DNA from: a virus
Taxonomy: Duplodnaviria > Caudoviricetes
IMG/VR virus record: IMGVR_UViG_3300025120_000012
Location: 1-32,905 of that record
Reading direction: 5' to 3' (one strand)
DNA: 32,905 bases
Both the position numbers and the translations under genes were made by a program. Below, piece by piece: positions 24,766-32,905 of the stretch (position 1 is the stretch's first letter; every line of letters starts with the position of its first letter). The notes below the pieces were generated by a model that had not been told where the DNA came from, made no database searches, and was given only the letters and a program-made list of their open reading frames with translations.

Positions 24766-26517
24766 TTAATTGATTGTTAAGGTTTCCACTTTCCCATTAG
24801 CCCAGTCAAGTGGTTCTTTATATGTTATCTGTGCAAAGCTCTTTTCATCAATCCACTCAAGTCTCAAAATCTCACAAATTTTTCCTTCTATTTCCACAAA
24901 ATTGTTGTTTAACAAAGATACGAATTCAGAGGATGAAATCCGAATCCTGACATTTTCCCTGATGATAAAATCATTGTTCACAATTTCATTGATGGTGTGA
25001 AAATTATTGTATAAAGCTTCAGCCTTGACAATGTTGTTGAAGTCTGACTCAGTGGTCACAATTTCATTTGATGTGACAGCTCCAGCTTGACCATAAATCA
25101 CTTTGGTATTTGCAAAATATGTCTGACTAATTTGAATCGCATCTTTTCGGCTTGATATCTGTTGAGCCAGATTTGAATTCCCTCCCAAAGTATTGGCTAA
25201 GGAGTCAATAAAAGAAAGCAATGACTCACCAAGCTTCTCAACAAAATTGAGCTTTTCTTTTCTGGCTCCAAGACTGAAAGGGATGCTCACATCATTGAGA
25301 CCCTGAATCTGGACAAGGTCCTCATTCTGGATGGGAAAAGTTGGCTCTGTGGAATACTCTGAATCATGTGCATCATAAGTCTTCCCATCAGCTGTATGAA
25401 GGTCTTGAAAATCTACCTGATAATGAATATAGTATCTCTTCCAAACATCTTCCACATTGTAGCTATATTCATCATCTCTCTCAGCTTGTAAGGTCATAGC
25501 TGGGACAATCTGATTCTGTGTCTGATTTTGTAACCAGTCTCGTCTTTCTATTCTGACCACATTCCCAATGACAAAAGTCCTCCCATTGAACATGGTTTCA
25601 AGAGCCTGAATGAATGTCAGGACTGAAGGAGTTGAGTCTGAGCTGGATGGATAACCATTGTTGAAGACTGGAAAGATATCATCTGGAAGAAGATTCCAGA
25701 CTGAATCTCTGTCCCTGACCAGTGGGACTGGGACCAGTGTCCAAAAAGGTTGAGCATCCAAAAGGTCACTCTCAAAAGTATATCCAAAGTGTTGACAAGC
25801 TTTGTCAAGAAGCTCTGTAAAATATACCCCTTTTAGCTTTCTTTTTGGTGGAAATATTGTCAGGAATAATTGAGTAGCAAGTTCAAGGACAGCTGACAGC
25901 AAAAGCCCAAAATAAATCACACGAGCCACCACCATCAGGGAAGCTCCCACAATTGCTGGAATGTTAAAACCCACTCCCACTGGAGCCACTGGAATAGGAA
26001 CAGAAGCCTCTATCAATTTATTTATAGAATCCAGAAGCTTGTCACCAGCATCAATCAAAGCCTGAGTCATTATGTAAAGAATGACAGACAGCTGAAGAGC
26101 TTCCTGAAAAGCATTATCTCTCACCACAAAATATGGGACATCATAGTTCTGAAAGGTGACTCCTTTCTTTGCAAGAAGCTCCCAGCTGGTCCCTTCAGCT
26201 CTTGCAAAAAAATTATCTTTTGATGTTCTCTTTTTGAGCTTCACTTCAATCTCATGCTGTCTTACTTTCACACCATCCATGAGGTCCACATAATACTCAA
26301 GAGTGACTCCATCATCCATCTCCACAGAATATGGAATCCCCTCAAATAAACCAACAGAATTGATGTGACCCAGTATGATATCATTTGCTTCTCTTGGAAG
26401 AATAACAGCATCAACAGAAATCGAAAGGAAGTCAGGATTTCCAGTGAAATCTGAGACCACTCCAATGTCTGTCAAATTTCTTGGAGCAACAGCAATCCCA
26501 TTCAAAAAGTGTCTCAT
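24766..26517 (-). CDS. Putative tail hub/tip protein
   Basis: 583 aa immediately after the tape measure gene; contains hydrophobic helices; LETMFN...VRIER pattern. Confidence 0.6.
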   Translation of the reverse strand: MRHFLNGIAVAPRNLTDIGVVSDFTGNPDFLSISVDAVILPREANDIILGHINSVGLFEGIPYSVEMDDGVTLEYYVDLMDGVKVRQHEIEVKLKKRTSKDNFFARAEGTSWELLAKKGVTFQNYDVPYFVVRDNAFQEALQLSVILYIMTQALIDAGDKLLDSINKLIEASVPIPVAPVGVGFNIPAIVGASLMVVARVIYFGLLLSAVLELATQLFLTIFPPKRKLKGVYFTELLDKACQHFGYTFESDLLDAQPFWTLVPVPLVRDRDSVWNLLPDDIFPVFNNGYPSSSDSTPSVLTFIQALETMFNGRTFVIGNVVRIERRDWLQNQTQNQIVPAMTLQAERDDEYSYNVEDVWKRYYIHYQVDFQDLHTADGKTYDAHDSEYSTEPTFPIQNEDLVQIQGLNDVSIPFSLGARKEKLNFVEKLGESLLSFIDSLANTLGGNSNLAQQISSRKDAIQISQTYFANTKVIYGQAGAVTSNEIVTTESDFNNIVKAEALYNNFHTINEIVNNDFIIRENVRIRISSSEFVSLLNNNFVEIEGKICEILRLEWIDEKSFAQITYKEPLDWANGKVETLTIN

Positions 26518-29500
26518 TTATTTTCTGATTTTATATCTGTTATACACAATAGAATTCCCTTGCTTTCTGGACTTGACCATCTCCATCATTGATGAGGTGA
26601 TTTCTCCCAGCTCAATGTTTGTCTCTGGTTTGTTCTTGATGGTTTCTTTTATGTCAGAAAGCTCATTCACCAAGACTGACAAATCAAGAGCTGTGGAGCT
26701 GTGTGAAGCTCTCTCAATGACTCTTCCATTTTTGTAGTCCACAGCTAATCTCGTCAGGTCTTCATTTGAAAGATTCCCTATCTTATCATTTAATGATTTA
26801 GGGACCACTCTTTCATTCGGATGAAGCACAGCATGAAAGCCACCTTTCCCATCCACACCTTGACCATTCTTTCCAGTGTCCTCTGTTCCATCCATAAAAG
26901 CTGGAATTGAATTTATGAAAGACAACAGAAGACTGGTGTCTTTGATGGTCTCAGCAAGAGCTGTCTCAGGATTGGCTTGGACCTTGCTTGAGTAGGTATT
27001 GAAAACAGATTCAGCCAGTCTCAATCTTTGCTGTTTCTTCTCTTCCTGAAGTCTTTGTTTGTTCTTTTCATTTATGATTCTTTGTTGTTCAGCAAGTGAT
27101 TCCTTTGCATCAATATTCCCATTTATTGCAAGTTGTTTGAATGTTTCAAACTGGTCTTCAGCTTGAGATATTTCTTTGTCTATCTGTTCAATCTTTCTCT
27201 GTGATTGCTGAATGAAAAAATCAGCTGAGGTCTTAACAATCTCCTTTATTTGTTCAGCTTCTTCTTTGGCTTCTTTGACCCTATCTTTGTTCAGCTTGTC
27301 ATTTGCTTCATTTTGATTCTCAGCATACTCTTCTAAAGCTCCATTTATCTTATTGTTATAATCATTTATCTGTCCCTCAGTGGTCTTTAATATCTTATCA
27401 GTAGCTTCTTTCAGCTTACCATCTTTAACATCCTGAGAAGCCATGAATTCACCTTGCTCTTTCTTTTCCAAAAATTCCAGCTGTGTCTTTCTGTCTTCAT
27501 AAAGGTCTCTGAGAGCTGAGATTTCAGCTTCCTTCTCTTTAGATTTTGAGCCTTGTATTTTTGTTATCTTCTTCTCAAGCTCTTTGTCCAGCTCCTCTCT
27601 CCTGAGTCTTTGCATCTCCTCCATGTTTAGCTTGTCAAAGAATCTCTCATCCTCTCTCTGTTGCTTTAAGAAGTCAATTCTTTTCTGTCCCTCTTTGGTC
27701 ATCATGTCCTCAACAATCTCCACACGAGCTTCACCAGTTTCTCTGGCTGTCTTAATTGCGTTCATGACTTCTCCAGAGATAAGGTCATCAGCTCCTCCTT
27801 GTCTCAGCTTTTCCTCTTGCTCTTTTAATTGCTTTACGAAATCAATTATTTTGTCAGCTCCTTCTTTGTACTCTTTTAGGTTTGCTGATATGTTTTTCTT
27901 TAGGTTTTTAGGATTCCCTAAAGGGTCCACATCATCATCATTCCCTTCTCTGTTTTTAATAGCATTTAACTTCATTGCATTGTATTCCTTTTCATACTTT
28001 TCAGCCTCTCTCATAGCTGAAAAATATACATCGGAATAAGCTTCTAAAACATCACCAAGCTCTTTCTCATTTTCTACACCAAAAACCCCAAACACTTCCC
28101 TGAAAAATCCTTCTGTCGTTCCACTCATTTTATTGCTGAATGCGATGAATTTATCTTCAGCTCTGTTGAAGTCCATTTCAGCTTTAGCAAGTTGTTGTTG
28201 ACTTATTGAAAATCTGGTAGCTATGGCTTCCATGTCTGACTTTCTTTCAATCTCAGTAATTAAATCAGAATAGCTGGATTTGACTTGGTCGACAAATTTA
28301 CTTTCATCTTCCAGATTTTTGAGAGTGGTTCCATATCTGGAATTTATTTCATCAATAAGGTTTTTTCTTTCTTTGCTTCCTTTGTTTGAATCCAGAAGAG
28401 CATCATATAAATTCGTGACTTCATCCTTTTCATTTTGTGTTTCCCTTGCAAGTTGATTCTCAGCCTCAGCTAAATCACGAGCATTCTTTTCAGTTGTTTC
28501 CATGATGCTGTTCAGCTTCTGAAATCTTTGAAAAAGCTCCAGAGCAACAATTAACACAATCCCAAAAATGTTCTTTTGTAAGGTTTGACCCAGCTTTTGA
28601 AATCCTCCTCTTAACAAAGCGAGAACCCCAGTCAATCCTTTCACCCTTCCTGACATAGTCATGAGAGAAGCTGTATAAAGTTTATTAGCCAGAGCTGAGC
28701 TTTTAACTATTATCTGATATCTGATAAAAATCTCAATTGCATTCATGACCACTGACATAATGGTTGATAAATTCTCAGCAAGAAAGCCAATCATGTCCTT
28801 AAGCTTTTCTGAAGCTCCAGTTGAGTCATCCACTCCTAAAATAAATCCTTCCCATGCTGAAGATAAAAGAGTCACTTTTCCCTGAACAGAATCAAGTCTT
28901 TTTTGAGCCATGATTGTCAGCTCAGCATTCACATCAGTGATAGAATCCTTGAATGAGGTTAGTGTGTCAGCTTGATTCAGGAATACAGAGAAAGCTGAGA
29001 CTGACCTTGCATCTGTCAGCTCTAAAGCTTCACCTAAATCTGTTCCCTCAGCTTTTAGTTTCTTGAATGCTTCCACAAGGTCATCCATGCTCTTGACTGG
29101 ACCCCCAATGCTCTTGGCTAATGGTGAAGAAGCATCAGCTAATTTGAGGAATATGTTTCTCACAGCCACTGAACCCTTTGAAGCTTCAAAACCAGCATCC
29201 TTAAGCTTAGCAAGTAAGGTCACAGAGTCCTCAATTGAGAAACCAAATGAATTCGCCACTGGTCCCACATTACTCATTGCACTCTCAAAATCAGCAAAGG
29301 AAAGAGCTGACTTTGTTGTCGCCACTCCAAGAGTGGAGACCACTCTCTCCATCTCAGAGGCATCAAGGTCAAACATTCTCAAAGATGCTCCAGCCACCTT
29401 TGAAGCTGAAGCCAAATCTGCTCCAGTTGCTGAGGCAAAATTTGAGACAGCTTCTGTTGATTTGGTAATCTGGTCAGTTGTGAATCCAAGCTTCCCCAGT

Positions 29501-30420
29501 TCAATCTGCATCTCGGTGATTTGTGTCGCACTGAATTGGGTGGTTGCTCCAAGCTCTTTGGCTTGTTCAGTCAATCCTGAAAGCTCTGTCTTTGTCTTTC
29601 CAGTGATAGCTGAAAGGTCAGCTTGAGCTTGGTCAAAATCAATCATGATACCAGTCACGTTCCTGAATATTTGTCCAATACCCACACCAGCTCCAAGTGT
29701 CCCAAGTGTTCCAATCAGTCCCTGAATAGCTCCTTTGTAATTACCCACATTCCTGAAGTTATCACCCACAGACTTGTCAAGCTTCTTCAGAGCCTTGTCT
29801 CCTCTCTTTGCTTCAGTGGTCATCTTATTGTATGACTGAGCCAGATTTCTGTATTCCTTAGAATTCTTTTTCCCAGCTTTTTCCAGAAGAAGCATCTCAG
29901 CTCCCAGCCTCTTAGATTCATTCTTTGCTTCTCTGGTTTCTTTGACCAGTCTCTTGTAAGCATTGGACTCATCCTGAATGGTCTTCTTTTGTTTCTCCTG
30001 AATCTTCTGAAGTCTCTCTTTCTCCTTTCTGTTTTGAGTGTCAAGTCTTTGCTGTTGCTGTGCTGTTTTTATCTTTTGCTGTTCAATCTTTTCCAGCTCT
30101 TGGTTTGCTTTAGCTTCTTGCTGGATAGCTTGAGAGTGAAGCTTGTCAATCTGGATGGCTTCTTTTTTTAATGTGTTTGCTTGTTTAGTGACTTTGACCA
30201 CCTTCTGGATTTCAGCTGTGGAATTCATTTTTTTATTGTTCAGTCCTCCAGATAGTGATGAAGCTGTTTTCTCCACCTCACTCTTGAGCTGTTGCATCAT
30301 CTTGATAGTCTCTTGAGCTGATTCTCTTATCTTCAAGAATATGTCTTCACTGGAGAAGATATCTTTTGCACTGATTTTTTTAGCCATCTTTTTGAGCTTT
30401 GTTGTGTTTTTCAAATTCAC
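26518..30420 (-). CDS. Tail tape measure protein (TP901-type; likely start MAKKIS at 30387)
   Basis: 1300 aa helical/coiled coil; RNVGNY, AKELGATTQFSATQ, LSSAWEG, C-terminal FMDG...LHPNERVVP. Confidence 0.93.
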   Translation of the reverse strand: MNLKNTTKLKKMAKKISAKDIFSSEDIFLKIRESAQETIKMMQQLKSEVEKTASSLSGGLNNKKMNSTAEIQKVVKVTKQANTLKKEAIQIDKLHSQAIQQEAKANQELEKIEQQKIKTAQQQQRLDTQNRKEKERLQKIQEKQKKTIQDESNAYKRLVKETREAKNESKRLGAEMLLLEKAGKKNSKEYRNLAQSYNKMTTEAKRGDKALKKLDKSVGDNFRNVGNYKGAIQGLIGTLGTLGAGVGIGQIFRNVTGIMIDFDQAQADLSAITGKTKTELSGLTEQAKELGATTQFSATQITEMQIELGKLGFTTDQITKSTEAVSNFASATGADLASASKVAGASLRMFDLDASEMERVVSTLGVATTKSALSFADFESAMSNVGPVANSFGFSIEDSVTLLAKLKDAGFEASKGSVAVRNIFLKLADASSPLAKSIGGPVKSMDDLVEAFKKLKAEGTDLGEALELTDARSVSAFSVFLNQADTLTSFKDSITDVNAELTIMAQKRLDSVQGKVTLLSSAWEGFILGVDDSTGASEKLKDMIGFLAENLSTIMSVVMNAIEIFIRYQIIVKSSALANKLYTASLMTMSGRVKGLTGVLALLRGGFQKLGQTLQKNIFGIVLIVALELFQRFQKLNSIMETTEKNARDLAEAENQLARETQNEKDEVTNLYDALLDSNKGSKERKNLIDEINSRYGTTLKNLEDESKFVDQVKSSYSDLITEIERKSDMEAIATRFSISQQQLAKAEMDFNRAEDKFIAFSNKMSGTTEGFFREVFGVFGVENEKELGDVLEAYSDVYFSAMREAEKYEKEYNAMKLNAIKNREGNDDDVDPLGNPKNLKKNISANLKEYKEGADKIIDFVKQLKEQEEKLRQGGADDLISGEVMNAIKTARETGEARVEIVEDMMTKEGQKRIDFLKQQREDERFFDKLNMEEMQRLRREELDKELEKKITKIQGSKSKEKEAEISALRDLYEDRKTQLEFLEKKEQGEFMASQDVKDGKLKEATDKILKTTEGQINDYNNKINGALEEYAENQNEANDKLNKDRVKEAKEEAEQIKEIVKTSADFFIQQSQRKIEQIDKEISQAEDQFETFKQLAINGNIDAKESLAEQQRIINEKNKQRLQEEKKQQRLRLAESVFNTYSSKVQANPETALAETIKDTSLLLSFINSIPAFMDGTEDTGKNGQGVDGKGGFHAVLHPNERVVPKSLNDKIGNLSNEDLTRLAVDYKNGRVIERASHSSTALDLSVLVNELSDIKETIKNKPETNIELGEITSSMMEMVKSRKQGNSIVYNRYKIRK

Positions 30421-30967
30421 TCAGGAGGTCAAAATATTCCTGAGTTTTTAATTCTTTTATATTGAGCCAGTGACCAATCCACTTGCTCAGGTGAATCAAG
30501 GTCTGTGAGATTGTCATTCCACTTCCCTTATTTCTCATCATGGTCTCAATCTTTTGCTCTTCAATCTCAGCTGTGGTCAGTTTCAATCTGTTCCCTGAGA
30601 TACAAAAATCAAGCTCAGCTTTTGCTTTTCTTATCATAGCTTCAAGAAGCTTTTTATATAACTTCCCTAAACCAAACTTTTTGATGTAATCATCATAAAC
30701 CATCTCCCAAGCAATTGAGTCCATCTGTGGGTCTCCTTTGGTCCCCTTTCGCAGTTGTGTCAGGTCTCCATCTGTACACTTTACCCAGCAATCAAGAGGA
30801 AGCTCATTGATGCTGATGAAGTATAAATCAGGAGAGCAAGACTTGTCTGACTCTTCCTTCAAATCTGAGGATGATTTCTTGACCCAGCTTCTCAAGACTT
30901 TCTTGAGTGAGTCCAATGATTCCCTCACCATATTTGAAAAAGAGATTTGTCTTTTCTCCTTCGTCAT
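30380..30967 (-). CDS. Putative tail assembly chaperone (start uncertain)
   Basis: Directly upstream of the tape measure gene; SINELPLDCW...LSKWIG...TQEYF; overlaps the upstream ORF by 140 nt. Confidence 0.5.
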   Translation of the reverse strand: MTKEKRQISFSNMVRESLDSLKKVLRSWVKKSSSDLKEESDKSCSPDLYFISINELPLDCWVKCTDGDLTQLRKGTKGDPQMDSIAWEMVYDDYIKKFGLGKLYKKLLEAMIRKAKAELDFCISGNRLKLTTAEIEEQKIETMMRNKGSGMTISQTLIHLSKWIGHWLNIKELKTQEYFDLLSEFEKHNKAQKDG

Positions 30968-31313
30968 TTATTTTAATTGGATTCGCATTGATTTCAAAAT
31001 AATCTGGATAAACATCCAGAGTAAAAGAATCAAAAAAAGCTCCAGTATCTTTCAATGTGTAATGTGTCCCAGCCATCTTTTCACCTCCAGAAATTTCTTG
31101 AGTCCTGATACTATATTCACCTATGACATTTCCATCTTCATCCACTCCTTTCTTGAAAAGTTGCTCCTCTGTGATGAGGTCCAGAATAAAGGTGTGAAGT
31201 GTCTTGTCTTTGAAGATTTCTTTCCACACAAATCTTTGATTCCACTTCCTTCTTCCATCAGCAATCATCTTCAATTTTTCACCCATTAAAGTGTTCATAA
31301 TATCAAAAGTCAT
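30828..31313 (-). CDS. Putative neck/virion morphogenesis protein (HK97 gp10-like)
   Basis: GEYS..T...TLKDTGAFFDSF motif; KYG..IIGL. Confidence 0.6.
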   Translation of the reverse strand: MTFDIMNTLMGEKLKMIADGRRKWNQRFVWKEIFKDKTLHTFILDLITEEQLFKKGVDEDGNVIGEYSIRTQEISGGEKMAGTHYTLKDTGAFFDSFTLDVYPDYFEINANPIKINDEGEKTNLFFKYGEGIIGLTQESLEKLGQEIILRFEGRVRQVLLS

Positions 31314-31337
31314 GGTTCAAGTGTTTAAAAAAACCCC

Positions 31338-31421
31338 CTCTGTATCCCTTTGTTTATAGGCAAATCGCACATCTCCAGTTTTTGATGGTATCATACCAGA
31401 GAAAGACAAAAGTGTCTTAGA
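31338..31421. repeat. Dispersed 85-bp intergenic element, copy C
   Basis: CTCTGTATCCCTT...ATCTCCAG.TTTT...GGTATCATACCAGAGA...AAAGTGTCTTAGA. Confidence 0.85.
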
Positions 31422-31483
31422 ACGCATAAAAAGGATATCTGTGGACATTTTGGTGATTTTGGACATTTAGCTCTTTTTTGGTG

Positions 31484-31509
31484 TGGAGAAGGACCTAAAT
31501 CCTCCCCCA
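31484..31509 (-). terminator. Hairpin after tail tube gene (terminator or 3' stabiliser)
   Basis: UGGGGGAGGA/UCCUUCUCCA stem with G-U pairs on the minus strand; no U-tract. Confidence 0.4.
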
Positions 31510-31534
31510 TTATTCACCAAATTAAACCTAATTA

Positions 31535-32437
31535 CTATGAAGCAACAAAGGTCTTTTTTCCTACAAAACCAGCTTTGTTGATTTCAGCAACATAAGTCAC
31601 ACCAGTCACAAATGAACCAGTCAAAGTATAGTTTCCTTCAAGTGGAATATTCTCAAATGAAGTCACAGCCAAACTTACACCAGAAGCATCAGCCACTTTC
31701 CAGTCAGCTGTCACTAAACCTTTGACAGAGATAGGAGTGTAAGCTGTCCCATAATCAAGCTCAGCATCAAAAGTGATTGATGTGTTTGCTACCTGAGTCA
31801 AGTCATTGAAATTCACATCCATCAAACCAGTCAAGTCATTCATGTTGATTCCAGATTCTTCTGGAGTAATCATGTAAAGTGTACCCTCATCAAAGGTTCT
31901 TTCCCAGTCAAATCCTATCATGATTTTTGAACAAGTTGAGTCTGTTGCAAACATCAATTTTGGGTCAAAAGAAGGATTGTCCACTGGGATTGGATACAAG
32001 TATCCATCCTTTTTAGAACCTATTAAGTTTCCAGCAACATCCACCATGAAGATTCCAAAATCAACGCATCTGTTGTTTTGTAATTTGCTCAACAAAGTAG
32101 GTGATGAATCATCAGCCCAAAGTTCACCTGAGAAGCTTCTCACTCCTTGTCGGAGGAAAGCTTTTCTTCCAGAGTTCGCTTCCTCAAAAAGTGAGTCAGC
32201 TTTTGGAAGCTCCACATTCTCAAAGCTTGGAAGTGGGAACCATCTTTTTGAGTCATCTTGCTCATTAGTTAAGTCTGTCCAGACTGGGACAGAAGCTGAC
32301 AAATCAATTCCATTAAGAACCCCAGTGTCAGATTTCAAGGGAACCATTATCAATGAGCTTGTCACTGATTGAATAGGAAGACATGAAGGAAGTCCAGTGT
32401 TGGAAAGTCCCATGTCGCAATTGCATCCTAAAGCCAT
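31535..32437 (-). CDS. Major tail (tube) protein
   Basis: 300 aa; Cys-containing N-terminus CNC..LSNTGLPSC; S/T-rich Ig-like C-terminus; followed by a hairpin; upstream of chaperone and tape measure genes. Confidence 0.7.
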   Translation of the reverse strand: MALGCNCDMGLSNTGLPSCLPIQSVTSSLIMVPLKSDTGVLNGIDLSASVPVWTDLTNEQDDSKRWFPLPSFENVELPKADSLFEEANSGRKAFLRQGVRSFSGELWADDSSPTLLSKLQNNRCVDFGIFMVDVAGNLIGSKKDGYLYPIPVDNPSFDPKLMFATDSTCSKIMIGFDWERTFDEGTLYMITPEESGINMNDLTGLMDVNFNDLTQVANTSITFDAELDYGTAYTPISVKGLVTADWKVADASGVSLAVTSFENIPLEGNYTLTGSFVTGVTYVAEINKAGFVGKKTFVAS

Positions 32438-32510
32438 ATTTAAAAAGTATTTTGAGCTTTTTAGCTCGGTTAATTATTCATTTTTGTTTTTGTGTTTAAA
32501 GCTCACCAGC

Positions 32511-32778
32511 TCAACATTTACAATTTATCTTATACTTTCTGAGATTGACTCTCAGCTCCACACCAGAAAGATTTGCATCCAGTATGTTCTCAAAGATTCC
32601 TTTCTCATCTTCCATCCCAAATCTTGAGAATGTTGTCAGGTCATAGGACTCTAAAGTTTCAAAGCTTCTGTCTTTCTCTATTGTCTTAATAAATTGCTGA
32701 GCCAGTCTTTCCATAGGATAGACCACATTCATTCTGTGGTCCTTTGTATAGTAGTTTCTGACATCGGTTTCATCCAAA
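32511..32778 (-). CDS. 3' part of the origin-spanning ~227-aa protein (starts at 416)
   Basis: In frame with 416..1 across the circular junction; ends LDANLSGVELRVNL...CKC. Confidence 0.75.
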
Positions 32779-32905
32779 AAGAAGAGTCTTATCTCAGACT
32801 CAAAATCAATGGACTCACCTCTCCCCAGTTTGCTGATTCGGATTATCTCCAGAAGCCAAGCAAGAGGAGTCTTTTCTCTCAGGTCATTGGTTGAGAGTGT
32901 CCACT
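32779..32905. repeat. Terminal direct repeat, copy 2
   Basis: Identical to bases 1-127. Confidence 0.97.

Noticed and set aside
432-32894. Plus-strand ORFs in the track (e.g. 29063-29626, 30738-31289, 27584-28039, 17992-18264, 16645-17034)
   Set aside because: Nearly all are antisense shadows of convincing minus-strand genes, with S/L/F-rich composition and no motifs; 17992-18264 has no support beyond its length.
1-32905. Stop-codon recoding, tRNAs, DGR/retron, introns or inteins
   Set aside because: Genes are full length in the standard code and all three stops are used; no cloverleaf, RT motif or oversized/split terminase, helicase or capsid gene was seen.

Overview
The window is a complete, circularly assembled dsDNA tailed-phage genome. 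The unit length is 32,778 bp; bases 1-127 are repeated at 32779-32905, and one ORF reads in frame across the junction. All credible genes lie on the minus strand. Order from the early promoter near 18240: small early genes separated by repeated hairpin elements, a Mom-like DNA-modification gene, a replication initiator with iterons, SF4 helicase, NinG, ERF, exonuclease, DUF3127 SSB, HTH, terS/terL, HK97-type portal/protease/capsid, connector, tail tube, a 1300-aa tape measure, tail-tip genes, a lysis cassette and a metallophosphoesterase. TAnnTTTG promoters, A-rich Shine-Dalgarno-less starts and DUF3127 point to a Bacteroidota (probably flavobacterial) siphovirus. No integrase, tRNA, CRISPR or RT was recognised. 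Most notable: (1) a boxA-like site and structured ~250-nt leader followed by four covarying hairpin+translation-start cassettes; (2) a Mom homologue in a genome that appears enriched for Mom-type SASNY sites and depleted of CpG and several restriction sites; (3) an unexplained 85-bp same-orientation intergenic element at three roughly equidistant sites. Product calls come from motif recognition by eye, not database searches.
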